A stretch of 64,000 nucleotides of DNA, from positions 34,776 through 98,775 of the forward strand of contig JANXHP010000009.1 in the NCBI GenBank assembly GCA_024958795.1, written 5' to 3'. The notes beneath the pieces were generated by a model. That model was not told the origin of the DNA, did no database searches, and was given only the letters and a program-made list of their open reading frames with translations. The stretch comes from Candidatus Poseidoniaceae archaeon. GTDB taxonomy: Archaea > Thermoplasmatota > Poseidoniia > Poseidoniales > Poseidoniaceae. Both the position numbers and the translations under genes were made by a program. The stretch's first letter is position 1; each line of letters begins with the position of its first letter. Positions 19,747 through 30,411 of this stretch are shown in pieces.

Positions 19747-21018
19747 TCACAATTGTAATGCTTCAATTTTCTCTGATTCAATTACTTCCCAAGGGAATTC
19801 ACCATTGCTACTAGGAGTTCTTCCGAAGTGTCCACCAGCGGCACAAGGAGAATAAATGGGTCTTAGCAAATCCAAGTCACTAGTTATTGCTCCAGGTCTG
19901 AAATCAAAAACATCAGAAACTCTTTGAGCGATTTGTCTTTCTGAAATTGTTGAAGTTCCAAACGTTTCAACTCTCAAACTCACCGGTTCTGCAACTCCAA
20001 TGACATATGCTAATTGAATTTCACATCTATCAGCTAAGCCAGCAGCAACCACGTGCTTTGCAGCCCATCTTGATGCATATGCTGCAGAGCGGTCAACCTT
20101 TGACGGGTCTTTTCCAGAGAATGCACCGCCACCGTGGCGACCCATTCCACCATAGGTATCAACAATGATTTTCCGACCGGTCAATCCTGCATCAGAATAA
20201 GGACCACCAGGGTCTGCAAAACGACCTGTTCCATTTACAACCAGATTGTAATTTTCATCTAGTAATTGTGCTGGTATTGAATATTCTACAACATGTTCAG
20301 TAATTTGTTCTCTAACATATTCTAGCTCTCTTGCTTCATCTCCATCGAATTGGTCTTTGAGGTACTTGTCATGTTGAATGGCTATTATGACTGTATGAAC
20401 TCTTTTGATATTGCCATCTTCATCATATTCAACTGTTACTTGAGACTTACCATCTGGGCGAGCCCAAGGCAAGATTCTTTGTTCACGCACTGCGCTAAGT
20501 CTGCGAGTTAATTTCTGTGAAAGTGCAGCGGCTAAAGGGAAATATCGACCCTTTAGTTCAGGAAATGATTCTGTTTCAGTGCAGGCATATCCGAACATTA
20601 ATCCTTGATCTCCTGCACCTTGTTGTAATCCATCTTTGTTAACACCTTGAGCGATATTTGCGGCTTGTGTTGTAATATGGACCTGGACATCACACAACTC
20701 ATGGGATGTTGCATCCATGCCAATATCATGACTAGTATATCCGATTGAGGCAGCGGTCTTACGTGCAATCTCTTGATAATCAGGAGCGTCGCCTACAAGA
20801 GATACTTCTCCAGCAAGCACAATCAAACTAATATCTTCCTTTCCTTTTACACAAGTTTCAACAGCAACTCTTGCATTTGCATCTATAGCAAGACAAGCAT
20901 CTACAATAGCATCAGAAATCGCATCACATAACTTGTCTGGATGTCCACTAGTTACGGATTCCGAGGAGAACAGGTCGGCCAGCATACAACGCCCCCCAAG
21001 ACAATCATTTATGAACAA
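19747..21018 (-). CDS. metK: S-adenosylmethionine synthetase, bacterial/eukaryotic-type MetK fold
   Basis: N-terminal ...[25 protein letters not shown] matches the GHPDK signature. C-terminal [23 protein letters not shown] matches the MetK glycine-rich loop. Confidence 0.85.
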   Translation of the reverse strand: [423 protein letters not shown]

Positions 21019-21140
21019 TGCGCCTATTATAGGTAAACATTATTCTTAAAAGTAATATTTACTGCGATAATTCTTCCTCCGACTATTCAAAATTGGCATA
21101 TTACGGTAATTGTTGAACCGATGTTTTGATGAGAGGTTGA

Positions 21141-22562
21141 TTGCCCCACAACACCATGAGCCACTATGTTCCAACCACATATCGCACCCATACTCTAGGT
21201 GAAATTCAGAGCAAAGGTGCAGAACTTGTTGATAGCGAAGTAACTGTTGCTGGCTTTATGGAAGCAAATCGCGGAAAGGGTGCGATTTGTTTCGTAGACC
21301 TAAGAGACGGTACTGGAAAAACTCAAATTTTCCTAAAACAAGATAATGTTGGTGAAGAAGCACTTGATATGGTTCAGAGAATGACTCGTGAATCAACTCT
21401 ACAATTTACTGGCACAGTTTCACAGAAGCGTCCACCAAAAACAAAGGAAGGGGAACCTGTGCCACCACCTGCATATGAAGTCGTAGCGACTTCTGTCAAC
21501 TTGATTGCACGTGCAGAAGCACCATTGCCACTGGGTGTTACAGATACAGTTCATGTAGCTCTTGACACAAGACTTGACAACCGATTCCTAGATCTTCGTC
21601 GTTCTCATGTTAATGCAATGTTCCGCCTTCGTGGAAAGGTTTTGCAATTTGGAAGAGAGAAGTTGAATAGTGAAGGTTTTGTTGAAACACATACTCCTAA
21701 AATTGTCGCTACCGCTACTGAAGGAGGTACCGATTTATTCCCTATGACCTATTTTGATACACCTGCATACCTAAACCAATCTCCACAATTATTCAAGCAA
21801 TTATGTATGTCTGGAGGACTAGAACGTATATATGAAATCGGTCCAGCGTTTAGAGCAGAAAAACATGATACTTACCGCCATTTGAATGAATTTATTTCAT
21901 TCGATATTGAGTGTTCTTGGGCTAATGATGAAGATGTAATGGGAGTTCTTGAAAGAATGATTCACCATATGTGGCAATCTATCTCAGAAGATGAGGAATG
22001 TATTGCTCATATTGCTACAATCAATGAATATAGAGCGACTCAAGATGAAGAACCAATTGAAGTGATTGTACCAGAACTTCCTTTCCCTCGTGTTTCATAT
22101 TGCGATGCTATTAGAATCATCAAAGAAAAGGGTGGAAAGATAGAATGGGGCGATGACATTGATGCTGAAAATTCAGATTTACTAGCCGTTGATTTACCTC
22201 AATTCTATTTCTTACCACAATGGCCTATGGACCTTAAGCCATTTTACATCCATCATATTGAAGGTGAAAACGGTAGCACTGGTCGCCAATTGAGTAGAGG
22301 ATTTGACCTAAACTTTGGTCGTGATGAATTAACATCTGGTGGTCAACGTGAACATCGTATTGATGTTCTTATTGAGAATCTAAAGGATATGGATTTAGAT
22401 CCTGAAGAATTTGAATTTTATGTCGCTGGTTTCCGCCATGGTGTACCGCCACACGCTGGTTGGGGACTTGGTGTTGAAAGAATTCTGATGAAATTGACTG
22501 GAGCAAAGAATGTTCGAGAAACTGTTCTCTTCCCTCGTGATAGAAAGCGTGTTTGCCCTTGA
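21141..22562 (+). CDS. aspS: aspartyl-tRNA synthetase, archaeal/eukaryotic class IIb type (possibly non-discriminating)
   Basis: Class II motifs: QSPQLFKQ...[16 protein letters not shown] (motif 2) and [13 protein letters not shown] (motif 3). An N-terminal OB anticodon-binding domain is present. Confidence 0.75.
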   Translation: MPHNTMSHYVPTTYRTHTLGEIQSKGAELVDSEVTVAGFMEANRGKGAICFVDLRDGTGKTQIFLKQDNVGEEALDMVQRMTRESTLQFTGTVSQKRPPKTKEGEPVPPPAYEVVATSVNLIARAEAPLPLGVTDTVHVALDTRLDNRFLDLRRSHVNAMFRLRGKVLQFGREKLNSEGFVETHTPKIVATATEGGTDLFPMTYFDTPAYLNQSPQLFKQLCMSGGLERIYEIGPAFRAEKHDTYRHLNEFISFDIECSWANDEDVMGVLERMIHHMWQSISEDEECIAHIATINEYRATQDEEPIEVIVPELPFPRVSYCDAIRIIKEKGGKIEWGDDIDAENSDLLAVDLPQFYFLPQWPMDLKPFYIHHIEGENGSTGRQLSRGFDLNFGRDELTSGGQREHRIDVLIENLKDMDLDPEEFEFYVAGFRHGVPPHAGWGLGVERILMKLTGAKNVRETVLFPRDRKRVCP

Positions 22563-22614
22563 TTTCATAGAAATTGACCGAAAATAACGGGTATCAATAG
22601 CCCCTCGCAGTAAC

Positions 22615-23361
22615 ATGGCCTGCGATAGAATGCAATGGGGTGCCGAGGCATGGCAGTATGCTGATTTGTATATGCCAGACGATGAATCACCCTTCCAAAA
22701 ATCAGGTGAGATTCCATGTGTTATGCTAATCCATGGTGGATTTTGGAAAGAAAAATTCACTTCAGAATTAATGAGGCCTATCGCTGAAGACCTTGCAGAA
22801 GCTGGTATAGCGGCTTGGAATATTGAATTTAAACGCTGGAGGGAAGGCGATGAAGGTGTATGGATGGATACCTTGTCAGATATTCTAAGAGCATGGGGCC
22901 AACTTGCTTTGCTGCCAAATATTGATGTTCAAAGAACGATGATTATGGGTCATTCATCTGGTGGACACCTCGCACTATTATTGGCTGCAAAAGCCGAACG
23001 GAAGCCTTGGTTAACCATTGCTCAAGCACCTATTACAGATATTGTTGAAGCAGATTCGATTAAACTTTCAGATGAAGGTGATGCTGTGAGGAAATGGATT
23101 GGATGTTCACCACAAGAAAACCCAACTCTTTGGGATCAACTAAATCCCATATCAAATCCTGCTGCTTGTCCAACTTTACTAATTCATGGTAAAGAAGATA
23201 CTGAGGTGCCAATAAGTCAATCTGAAGCTTATGCATTAATGATGCAAGAAAGCGAATATGAAGTGAACAAACTATGGTTGCCTGGTGATCATTTTTCGAT
23301 TATTGATATTGCAAACGACGATTGGCTTGTACAACTCAATGCCATTACCGATTGCCTTTGA
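22615..23361 (+). CDS. alpha/beta-hydrolase-fold esterase
   Basis: HGGFW oxyanion region, nucleophile elbow GHSSGG and a C-terminal HGxxD. Confidence 0.6.
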   Translation: MACDRMQWGAEAWQYADLYMPDDESPFQKSGEIPCVMLIHGGFWKEKFTSELMRPIAEDLAEAGIAAWNIEFKRWREGDEGVWMDTLSDILRAWGQLALLPNIDVQRTMIMGHSSGGHLALLLAAKAERKPWLTIAQAPITDIVEADSIKLSDEGDAVRKWIGCSPQENPTLWDQLNPISNPAACPTLLIHGKEDTEVPISQSEAYALMMQESEYEVNKLWLPGDHFSIIDIANDDWLVQLNAITDCL

Positions 23362-23422
23362 GAAAATATTGTATTTATTTTAGAGGCAAATGCCTATGAT
23401 GCAATGCCGCGTGGCATGACAT

Positions 23423-24238
23423 ATGGACCTCCTCGGTGATGACTATCCTTACTCCAGCACCGCCCTAAGCGGAAAACATGCTCTAGTCTGTGGTGCTAGC
23501 AAAGGAATTGGTGCTGCTACTGCAAAAATTCTAGCAAAGGCGGGAGCAAATGTGACAGTCTGTGCACGAAATACAGGTGCATTGAATGAGTTATGTGATG
23601 AACTTTCAACTTTGGGCAATGGTTCTCATACCGCACTAACTCTTGACCTTGAGAATACAGAAGCGATTAGACCTGCACTTGAAACACTAATCTCAGATAA
23701 AGGAGCAATTCACATCCTAATAAATAACGCAGCAGGGCCTAAAGGTGGACCTCTTCTTGGTGTTGAATTGGCTGATTTGGAAGCGCCTTTCAAGCGCCAC
23801 CTTCATGCTGCACATACGATGGTTCAATCGGTAGTATCTGGCATGGAAGCAGAAGGATATGGAAGAATTATTCAAATCATTTCCACTTCGGTAAAGGAGC
23901 CAATTCCAAACTTGGGATTATCTAATACTTTGAGGGGAGCAATGGCTTCATGGTCAAAAACACTGTCAAGAGAATTACCTGCTTGTATTACTATCAACAA
24001 TGTATTACCTGGATTTACCGATACTGAAAGATTGGGTTCACTAGCGGCATCAATCAATGAAAAAACAGGACAGAGTGTTGAAGATATCCATCATAATTGG
24101 ATGGTTCAAGTACCTATTGGACGGCTAATAGACCCACTAGAAACTGCTTCTGCAATCGCATTCCTAACTTTACCTGCTTCGGGTGGAATACGCGGTGTTT
24201 CTCTAGCAGTTGACGGTGGAAGATTACGCTCAATCTAA
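23423..24238 (+). CDS. SDR-family oxidoreductase (3-oxoacyl-ACP reductase-like)
   Basis: Cofactor motif VCGASKGIGAATA and an NNAAG segment. Confidence 0.7.
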   Translation: MDLLGDDYPYSSTALSGKHALVCGASKGIGAATAKILAKAGANVTVCARNTGALNELCDELSTLGNGSHTALTLDLENTEAIRPALETLISDKGAIHILINNAAGPKGGPLLGVELADLEAPFKRHLHAAHTMVQSVVSGMEAEGYGRIIQIISTSVKEPIPNLGLSNTLRGAMASWSKTLSRELPACITINNVLPGFTDTERLGSLAASINEKTGQSVEDIHHNWMVQVPIGRLIDPLETASAIAFLTLPASGGIRGVSLAVDGGRLRSI

Positions 24239-25122
24239 TGCACATCTTCAAAAACAAGGGTGCTGGGGGTGGAAATATGGAAAGTTCAGTAAGTCCTGAA
24301 AGAGCCAAGATGATTCTTGATATGCTAACTTCAGGAGGTGCAATGGACGATATTAACACACCACTTGCACTAAGATTAATTCCTCTATCAATGGAACTTG
24401 ATGATATTGAACTAGCCGAGAAATTACTTGATCATGCTGCTAAAGTTGCAGAAAATGAAGTTGAATCTGGATGGACCAAGTTTGAGACTCTAAAGCATAT
24501 TAATGCTGCAGTTGATACTTTCTTTCAATTGGCAGTTGAATCAGAACAAATGAGTGATGGACAACGATTGGCTGCAGCAGTACTTCATCATGTTTCATTA
24601 TTGCAACTTGCAGCAGATGACCTTGATGATGCTAAAATTAGTGCTTCAAGAGCACTTCGTATTAGAGAAGATATTGAAGATTCAAGCGGAATTGTATACG
24701 GTATTGCAGTTTTGGAGGCAATTGCAAAGAAGCAAAACGACATTGATACTGCAATTGCTCTTGGAACTAGAAGAGTTGAGATATTAATGCGTGATAATGA
24801 TGAAGATGGGCAAGTTGAAGCGATGTCTGACTTGGCTCATAGCCAAGCAACAGTAGGCCATTTTGATTCAGCCCGAGACCTATACGCTGAATCTTTGGAA
24901 ATAGCTAAGCGGTTGGAAGATTTATCAGGACAATTAGTTGCATATTGGGGATTAGCAGACCTCTGTGAAATAAATGAAGACTACGAATCTGCAATGATAC
25001 ATCTCTCTGATTGCTTACATGCATTCCTTGAGCAAAATCTTCCGGCTCCATCTCAAGTTAGAGTTAGAATAAATGCATTAGCTGATATTCAAGATAATCC
25101 TGCAAAGGATAACAAGCAATAA
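24238..25122 (+). CDS. hypothetical alpha-helical (TPR-like) protein
   Basis: Continuous ORF with a helical repeat character. No catalytic motif. Confidence 0.3.
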   Translation: MHIFKNKGAGGGNMESSVSPERAKMILDMLTSGGAMDDINTPLALRLIPLSMELDDIELAEKLLDHAAKVAENEVESGWTKFETLKHINAAVDTFFQLAVESEQMSDGQRLAAAVLHHVSLLQLAADDLDDAKISASRALRIREDIEDSSGIVYGIAVLEAIAKKQNDIDTAIALGTRRVEILMRDNDEDGQVEAMSDLAHSQATVGHFDSARDLYAESLEIAKRLEDLSGQLVAYWGLADLCEINEDYESAMIHLSDCLHAFLEQNLPAPSQVRVRINALADIQDNPAKDNKQ

Positions 25123-25124
25123 AA

Positions 25125-26567
25125 TCAATGTTTGACACAAATATTAGTCATCTCTGAAAAGAATGAGAGAGACCAACGTCCACCTTCTCTGCCAACACCA
25201 GAATTCTTTACTCCACCGAATGGTGTCCGTAAATCTCTATGCAGCCAAGTGTTAACCCAAACAATTCCACTTTCAACCCTCTCGGCTAATTCTTTACCTC
25301 TCTCAGCATCTTCTGTCCAAATAGAACCAGCCAAACCGTATTCTGTACAATTGGCCATTTCAATCGCCTCATCGTCAGTAGTAAAAGAATGGAGAGTTAC
25401 TACTGGCCCAAATATTTCTTCTGTTGAAGTTCTTGAAAGATGACTAAGTCCACCTATTACAGTTGGTCTGATAAATGCTGCATCGGGATTTGAATCTAGT
25501 GGCCCAGTCATTGCACGACTTCCTCCGCTGAGTATTTCTCCACCTTCTTCAACGGCCAAATCAATATACGATTCTATTTTTTGTAAGTGTTCCATGGAGA
25601 TTACTGAACCCATTTGTGTTGATTCATCGCTTGGATCACCTATGATCATCGCATCAACCTGTTCAACAAATCGCTTACAGAATTCATCATAAATGGATTG
25701 ATGAATAAGTATTCTTGAACCGCATAAACAAACTTGTCCAGAGTTGGTAAAGGCAGCTGTTACAGCACCTGGAACTACAGTATCGAGATTTGCATCATCT
25801 AGAATAATAGTTGCATTTTTCCCACCCAATTCCAATGAGAGTTTCTTGAATAATGGTGCTGCAGTTCTAGCAACAATACGCCCTGTTGCTGTGCCACCGG
25901 TGAAGGAGATTCCAGCAATATCTGGATGCTCAAGAATTGCTTGTCCAACCTCTGGGCCTAGTCCATGTACCAGATTAAATACACCATCTGGAAGTTGAAT
26001 TCTTTGCAATGTTTGTGCGAGTAAATCCGCAGTCAATGGAGTGAGTTCAGATGGTTTTGCAACAATGCAGTTACCCATCAATAATGCAGGGGCTACCTTC
26101 CATGTTAGAAGATATAATGGCAAATTCCATGGAGTGATTAATCCAACTATTCCAAGTGGTGATGTGTGGACATGATTTGTAGCATCTGACATCTCAAAAA
26201 TCAATGGTTCTTGGCTTCTTGCAAACTTTGCAAAAAAGCGGAAGTTACTAATTGATCGGGTAGCATCAACTGAACGTGCAATAGAAATTGGCTTGCCGGT
26301 ATCAAGTGATTCTGTCTGTGCAATTTCTTCCTTTATCTCCTCTAATGCATCTGCAATTTTATCTAACCAATCGGCCCTTTCAATCATTGTTAACGCAGAC
26401 CATTGCGGTAGTGCTCTTTTCGCTGCTAATACCGCAGCGTCAACATCTAATGCTGATGCTCTAGGCATCATTGCGATATGTGCACCATTTGCTGGATTGG
26501 AATCATCCATCATCCTATTCTCAATAGGTGGTATGAAGTTCCCATCAATGAAATTACTAATTATCAT
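25125..26567 (-). CDS. NAD(P)+-dependent aldehyde dehydrogenase; start taken as MIISNFIDGNF
   Basis: ALDH Glu motif ELGGKNATII and Cys motif FTNSGQVCLCGSRI. Confidence 0.8.
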   Translation of the reverse strand: MIISNFIDGNFIPPIENRMMDDSNPANGAHIAMMPRASALDVDAAVLAAKRALPQWSALTMIERADWLDKIADALEEIKEEIAQTESLDTGKPISIARSVDATRSISNFRFFAKFARSQEPLIFEMSDATNHVHTSPLGIVGLITPWNLPLYLLTWKVAPALLMGNCIVAKPSELTPLTADLLAQTLQRIQLPDGVFNLVHGLGPEVGQAILEHPDIAGISFTGGTATGRIVARTAAPLFKKLSLELGGKNATIILDDANLDTVVPGAVTAAFTNSGQVCLCGSRILIHQSIYDEFCKRFVEQVDAMIIGDPSDESTQMGSVISMEHLQKIESYIDLAVEEGGEILSGGSRAMTGPLDSNPDAAFIRPTVIGGLSHLSRTSTEEIFGPVVTLHSFTTDDEAIEMANCTEYGLAGSIWTEDAERGKELAERVESGIVWVNTWLHRDLRTPFGGVKNSGVGREGGRWSLSFFSEMTNICVKH

Positions 26568-26569
26568 TT

Positions 26570-27694
26570 TCAAACCTCCACATCGTACAGCCAACGGTCA
26601 CTATCAGGGTCCCATTCATCCCAAGTTGGCAGAGAACTCAATACTTGCAAATATTTTTCTGGAACAATTCCTGAAACAACAAATGCTTTCTGTCGATTTA
26701 ATGGATATGGGTTTCTCAAATCAATTCCAAGGACACCTAATACTGCTCTAGCAATGTACCAAGTTGCTTGCGAATTCCAACCATGAGCGATTTTGACAAC
26801 AATACCAAGACCCTTTGGATAATCTGGATGTTCAATCGCTAAACCAAGCAACCCATCTGCACCTTCCTTAGCGATTACTTTTCCATCTCCCGCTTTCAAT
26901 ACCGTTGAATCCAAACGATTGAATCCACCAACTAAATCTGGATGTTTTATCATCGCTTCCCATATCCAATCTTTATCCTTATCACGGACAAGTCCAGCAT
27001 ATATTTGTGCTAATTCTGCAACTGTGTTAGAAACTGTAGGCAATCCACAACCATCCTTTGCAATTCTAAGAGGTTTCCAATCTTTACCGAGATATTTTCT
27101 CAACTCCTCCATGTAGGCAGTGAATACTTCATGCCCTGGTAAAGTGTAACCTGCTCGATTCCATCCTTTTTTCCTACAACCGAATAATATCGCAGAATGT
27201 TCACCAGAACATGTGTGAAACCAGCGACGTGGTCTACGAACTTGCCGTCCAAACTGGATTAGTGGCACATCTAGAGGTGTTAGCATTAATGGCCATTCTG
27301 ATTCGCTAAGTAACGACTGGGCAGCTGCAACATGCTCGGTATCACCATTGTGTGAAGCAACTGAAATCGCCTTTTGTTCCCAAGTGCAATCCTCTAATTC
27401 TTCTGTAAAGGCCTTGAGCATAAACGGTTTCATCATTGAGCGCCCATAGCATAGAACATTTCCTCCAAAAGAATGGATGACTTCATCACCATGCGCCCAA
27501 GCGACTGCTCCATGAATTGTAGTTTCAGAAACACCATTTCTTCGATAATCAACAAGTGGTTCCCATGCCACTTCACGGCCAGTTGGAATTCCCTCTATTG
27601 ACTCTCCAAGAGGAGAGGATGGAAACATTGCAGACCCAGGATTTCCGGGCTTTACCGCAGAATGTTCATCATGACGGATTTCCATTAATTTCAC
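26570..27694 (-). CDS. asparaginase-II family (PF06089-like) protein
   Basis: Conserved blocks RSMMKPFML, SVASHNGDTEH, CSGEHSAIL, KDGCGLP and AKEGADGLLG match the family's signature segments. Confidence 0.5.
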   Translation of the reverse strand: MKLMEIRHDEHSAVKPGNPGSAMFPSSPLGESIEGIPTGREVAWEPLVDYRRNGVSETTIHGAVAWAHGDEVIHSFGGNVLCYGRSMMKPFMLKAFTEELEDCTWEQKAISVASHNGDTEHVAAAQSLLSESEWPLMLTPLDVPLIQFGRQVRRPRRWFHTCSGEHSAILFGCRKKGWNRAGYTLPGHEVFTAYMEELRKYLGKDWKPLRIAKDGCGLPTVSNTVAELAQIYAGLVRDKDKDWIWEAMIKHPDLVGGFNRLDSTVLKAGDGKVIAKEGADGLLGLAIEHPDYPKGLGIVVKIAHGWNSQATWYIARAVLGVLGIDLRNPYPLNRQKAFVVSGIVPEKYLQVLSSLPTWDEWDPDSDRWLYDVEV

Positions 27695-28947
27695 TCCAAA
27701 TTTTTCTCAACTAAAGGAACAACTTGCTCCATATATGCAGTCATATTTCGACAGACTCTATCACTGTCGTGATTAAAGAAATCAAACCAAGCCATGATTC
27801 TATCTTGTGGATGGAAACGCTCAACTATTTGCTTAGCAATATCTTGCGGATTGCCGACGAGTGCATTATTTGATGCGTTGGCAACTTTAGACGGATCTAT
27901 TGTTCCTTCCAAAGCATTCCAATATGCACCAAGAGCTGTTTCGGCTTCTTCATGTGCGGCTTTTGTTTGCTCCTCAGCGGTAAGTCCTTGCTCAGCATTA
28001 ATGAAAACAAAAGAAGTTCTAGGCATATCACTACGCTTCCATTGCCCTCCATCCTTATGGAATAATTTAGACATCTTTTCATGAGTTGCGTCAATGATTT
28101 CAGGTTTCGTAATTGACAAATTGAATACCTTAACTGGAAGGATAGTATTGACAAATTGTTGTGCCTTAGGGTCATGAGTTCCAGCAACTAATTGCAATAA
28201 TTCACGACGGAAATTTTGTGGTATAATTTTCAAATCTTCGAAAACATAGCGTTTAGGAATTTCAATCTCATCTGGGACTTCATCTAGTCCTTCAAACTCA
28301 ACTGCCGCATCTTGAACTGCCTTCCAATCTTCATCGCTACGAAAATTTGCTCTAGTAAGAATTGTCTTGTAAGTTTGTGTTGAGTTGATTGTATCTCCTC
28401 TCAATAGTCTTAAGAAAATATCACTGGCTTCCATAAAGATTTGACCTCTCAATGCTGGCCATGCTGCCTCCTCAATAGAATTACGAGGAACAATACCATA
28501 CGGTCTTGCCATGAATTCAAAACGTCCTGCAGCAAATCCAACGTGTAATCTTCTGTTTTCATTCACATCCATCCCAAGAAAATTAAGAGTATTAGCAACT
28601 CTTTCTGCTTGTGCAATTGGACCACCAGAAGCAAGTATAGAAAGAACTGCACTACCGATTTCAATATTTTTTGTTCGTCTAAATGAATCCAATGCTAACT
28701 GTGGGAAATCAGTACACAAACCTACTTCTCCTTGCCAGTGAGGCACAACTGGACGAGAGTTGCTCTTTTGAGTCTCAGTTGACAGGTGTGCTTGTGCTAA
28801 CCAACCTACCCCAAAGCCTAATTCGTCAGCACATTGCAATTGTTGATAGTAATTTGCAAACATTTCTTGCTCGCTTGGAATATACCCATCAGCATTGGGT
28901 GTTTGGCTGATTGAGAAGAAAATATCGTGCTCCATCGTCTGTCCCAC
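27691..28947 (-). CDS. LLM-class (luciferase-like) flavin/F420-dependent oxidoreductase
   Basis: N-terminal ...QQLQCADELGFGVGWLAQAHL resembles the LLM TIM-barrel start. The stop overlaps the downstream start by 4 nt. Confidence 0.45.
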   Translation of the reverse strand: MGQTMEHDIFFSISQTPNADGYIPSEQEMFANYYQQLQCADELGFGVGWLAQAHLSTETQKSNSRPVVPHWQGEVGLCTDFPQLALDSFRRTKNIEIGSAVLSILASGGPIAQAERVANTLNFLGMDVNENRRLHVGFAAGRFEFMARPYGIVPRNSIEEAAWPALRGQIFMEASDIFLRLLRGDTINSTQTYKTILTRANFRSDEDWKAVQDAAVEFEGLDEVPDEIEIPKRYVFEDLKIIPQNFRRELLQLVAGTHDPKAQQFVNTILPVKVFNLSITKPEIIDATHEKMSKLFHKDGGQWKRSDMPRTSFVFINAEQGLTAEEQTKAAHEEAETALGAYWNALEGTIDPSKVANASNNALVGNPQDIAKQIVERFHPQDRIMAWFDFFNHDSDRVCRNMTAYMEQVVPLVEKNLE

Positions 28948-29046
28948 ACATAGCCAATAAGTGACCGGTCATAACAAATGTGGCGACGATAATTGAATAA
29001 AGATAGCCGGCGATTGTTTGAAAACCACTTGACTATTGGCAGTGTT

Positions 29047-29868
29047 ATGTCCATTCATGGCCAAGCGAGGAAGGTTACTACAAACACCTTGCAAGAAATG
29101 AAGAATGCTGGTGAGAAAATCACCATGCTAACCGCCTATGATTTCTCATTGGCAAAACTAGTTGACAAGGCTGGTGTTGACATTATTCTTGTAGGGGATT
29201 CCGCTTCTAATGTGATGGCAGGTCATGCAACAACTGTACCAATTACATTGGACCATATGATATATCACGCACAGTGTGTTGAACGTGCTGTTGATAGAGC
29301 ATTGATCGTAGTCGATATGCCATTTGGTTCGTACCAAGGAAACTCTACAGTAGCTCTAGAATCTGCAGTTCGTATAATGAAAGAATCTAATGGACATTCT
29401 GTGAAACTTGAGGGGGGTTCGGAAGTTGTTGAATCAATCAAAAGAATCCTTACCGCTGGAATACCAGTAATGGGGCATCTTGGCCTTACACCTCAATCAA
29501 TTTACAAATTTGGAACCTATACGGTTAGAGCAAAAGAAGAAGAAGAAGCAATGAAACTTATTTCTGATGCTAGATTACTCGAAGATGCAGGTTGCTTCGC
29601 TATTGTATTAGAAAAAATTCCGCGCAACCTTGCCAAAAAGGTAAGTGAAGCTATTTCAATTCCAACTATAGGAATCGGCGCTGGTCCTGATTGTGATGGT
29701 CAAGTATTGGTTTTACATGACCTACTGGGGATAACAATGGATTTCTCTCCAAGATTCTTACGTCGTTATTTGAATCTATCAGATGATATCAACAATGCAA
29801 TCTCACAATATTGTGATGATGTTAGATCTGGCGATTTCCCCAACGAAGACGAGTCATATTCTGAATGA
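29047..29868 (+). CDS. panB: 3-methyl-2-oxobutanoate hydroxymethyltransferase (ketopantoate hydroxymethyltransferase)
   Basis: The [36 protein letters not shown] signature. ATG at 29047 is preferred over TTG 28993 from the ORF track. Confidence 0.85.
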   Translation: MSIHGQARKVTTNTLQEMKNAGEKITMLTAYDFSLAKLVDKAGVDIILVGDSASNVMAGHATTVPITLDHMIYHAQCVERAVDRALIVVDMPFGSYQGNSTVALESAVRIMKESNGHSVKLEGGSEVVESIKRILTAGIPVMGHLGLTPQSIYKFGTYTVRAKEEEEAMKLISDARLLEDAGCFAIVLEKIPRNLAKKVSEAISIPTIGIGAGPDCDGQVLVLHDLLGITMDFSPRFLRRYLNLSDDINNAISQYCDDVRSGDFPNEDESYSE

Positions 29869-29875
29869 TTTGTTT

Positions 29876-30367
29876 TCACAAATAGATAAAGGCAAGTATT
29901 GCTCCGCCGAATGCACCAATATCAATTCCGATTGCGTGCCAAATTCCGTAGCGAAATGAGGGCAATTCGTATTGCCACCATGTGCTGTTAATCCATGCCC
30001 AAACCAATAATGAAAAGTATCCTCCACAAAACATTGCCCCCCATCCTGAAACCCAAATGAGGGAATAAGCAAATCCAAGAATACCCATTCCCATAGCATA
30101 TTCTTTCCAATTTCCTTTCTTATCTGGCAGTAAGTATTTGTACATTAGTGGAGAAAATATTAGCGCTAAAATAAATGCACCCTGAACTGGAGAGGGATAG
30201 CCATAATTCAGATTTGGTAGAACAATTGTCTGCCAAAAAGCACCGAATATTGCACCAATTGTCATTGGTGTGATGGCATGGCGCATAGATTCGGGTAACC
30301 ATCCTGCGATAGATTTCCATTCCTCATCATCCAGAGTTCCTACTGGTTGTAACTCTGATTCAGCCAT
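29876..30367 (-). CDS. small integral membrane protein (4-5 TM), hypothetical
   Basis: Hydrophobic profile. The ATG start MAESELQ is preferred over the upstream TTG. Confidence 0.35.
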   Translation of the reverse strand: MAESELQPVGTLDDEEWKSIAGWLPESMRHAITPMTIGAIFGAFWQTIVLPNLNYGYPSPVQGAFILALIFSPLMYKYLLPDKKGNWKEYAMGMGILGFAYSLIWVSGWGAMFCGGYFSLLVWAWINSTWWQYELPSFRYGIWHAIGIDIGAFGGAILAFIYL

Positions 30368-30411
30368 ATTGTTGGCGAGATGTAATTTGTCCTTGAGTCT
30401 TCGGGTTTTCA

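Noticed and set aside
22395-22760. 121-aa minus-strand ORF spanning the aspS 3' end and the esterase 5' end
   Set aside because: It overlaps two well-supported genes on the opposite strand and has no motif.
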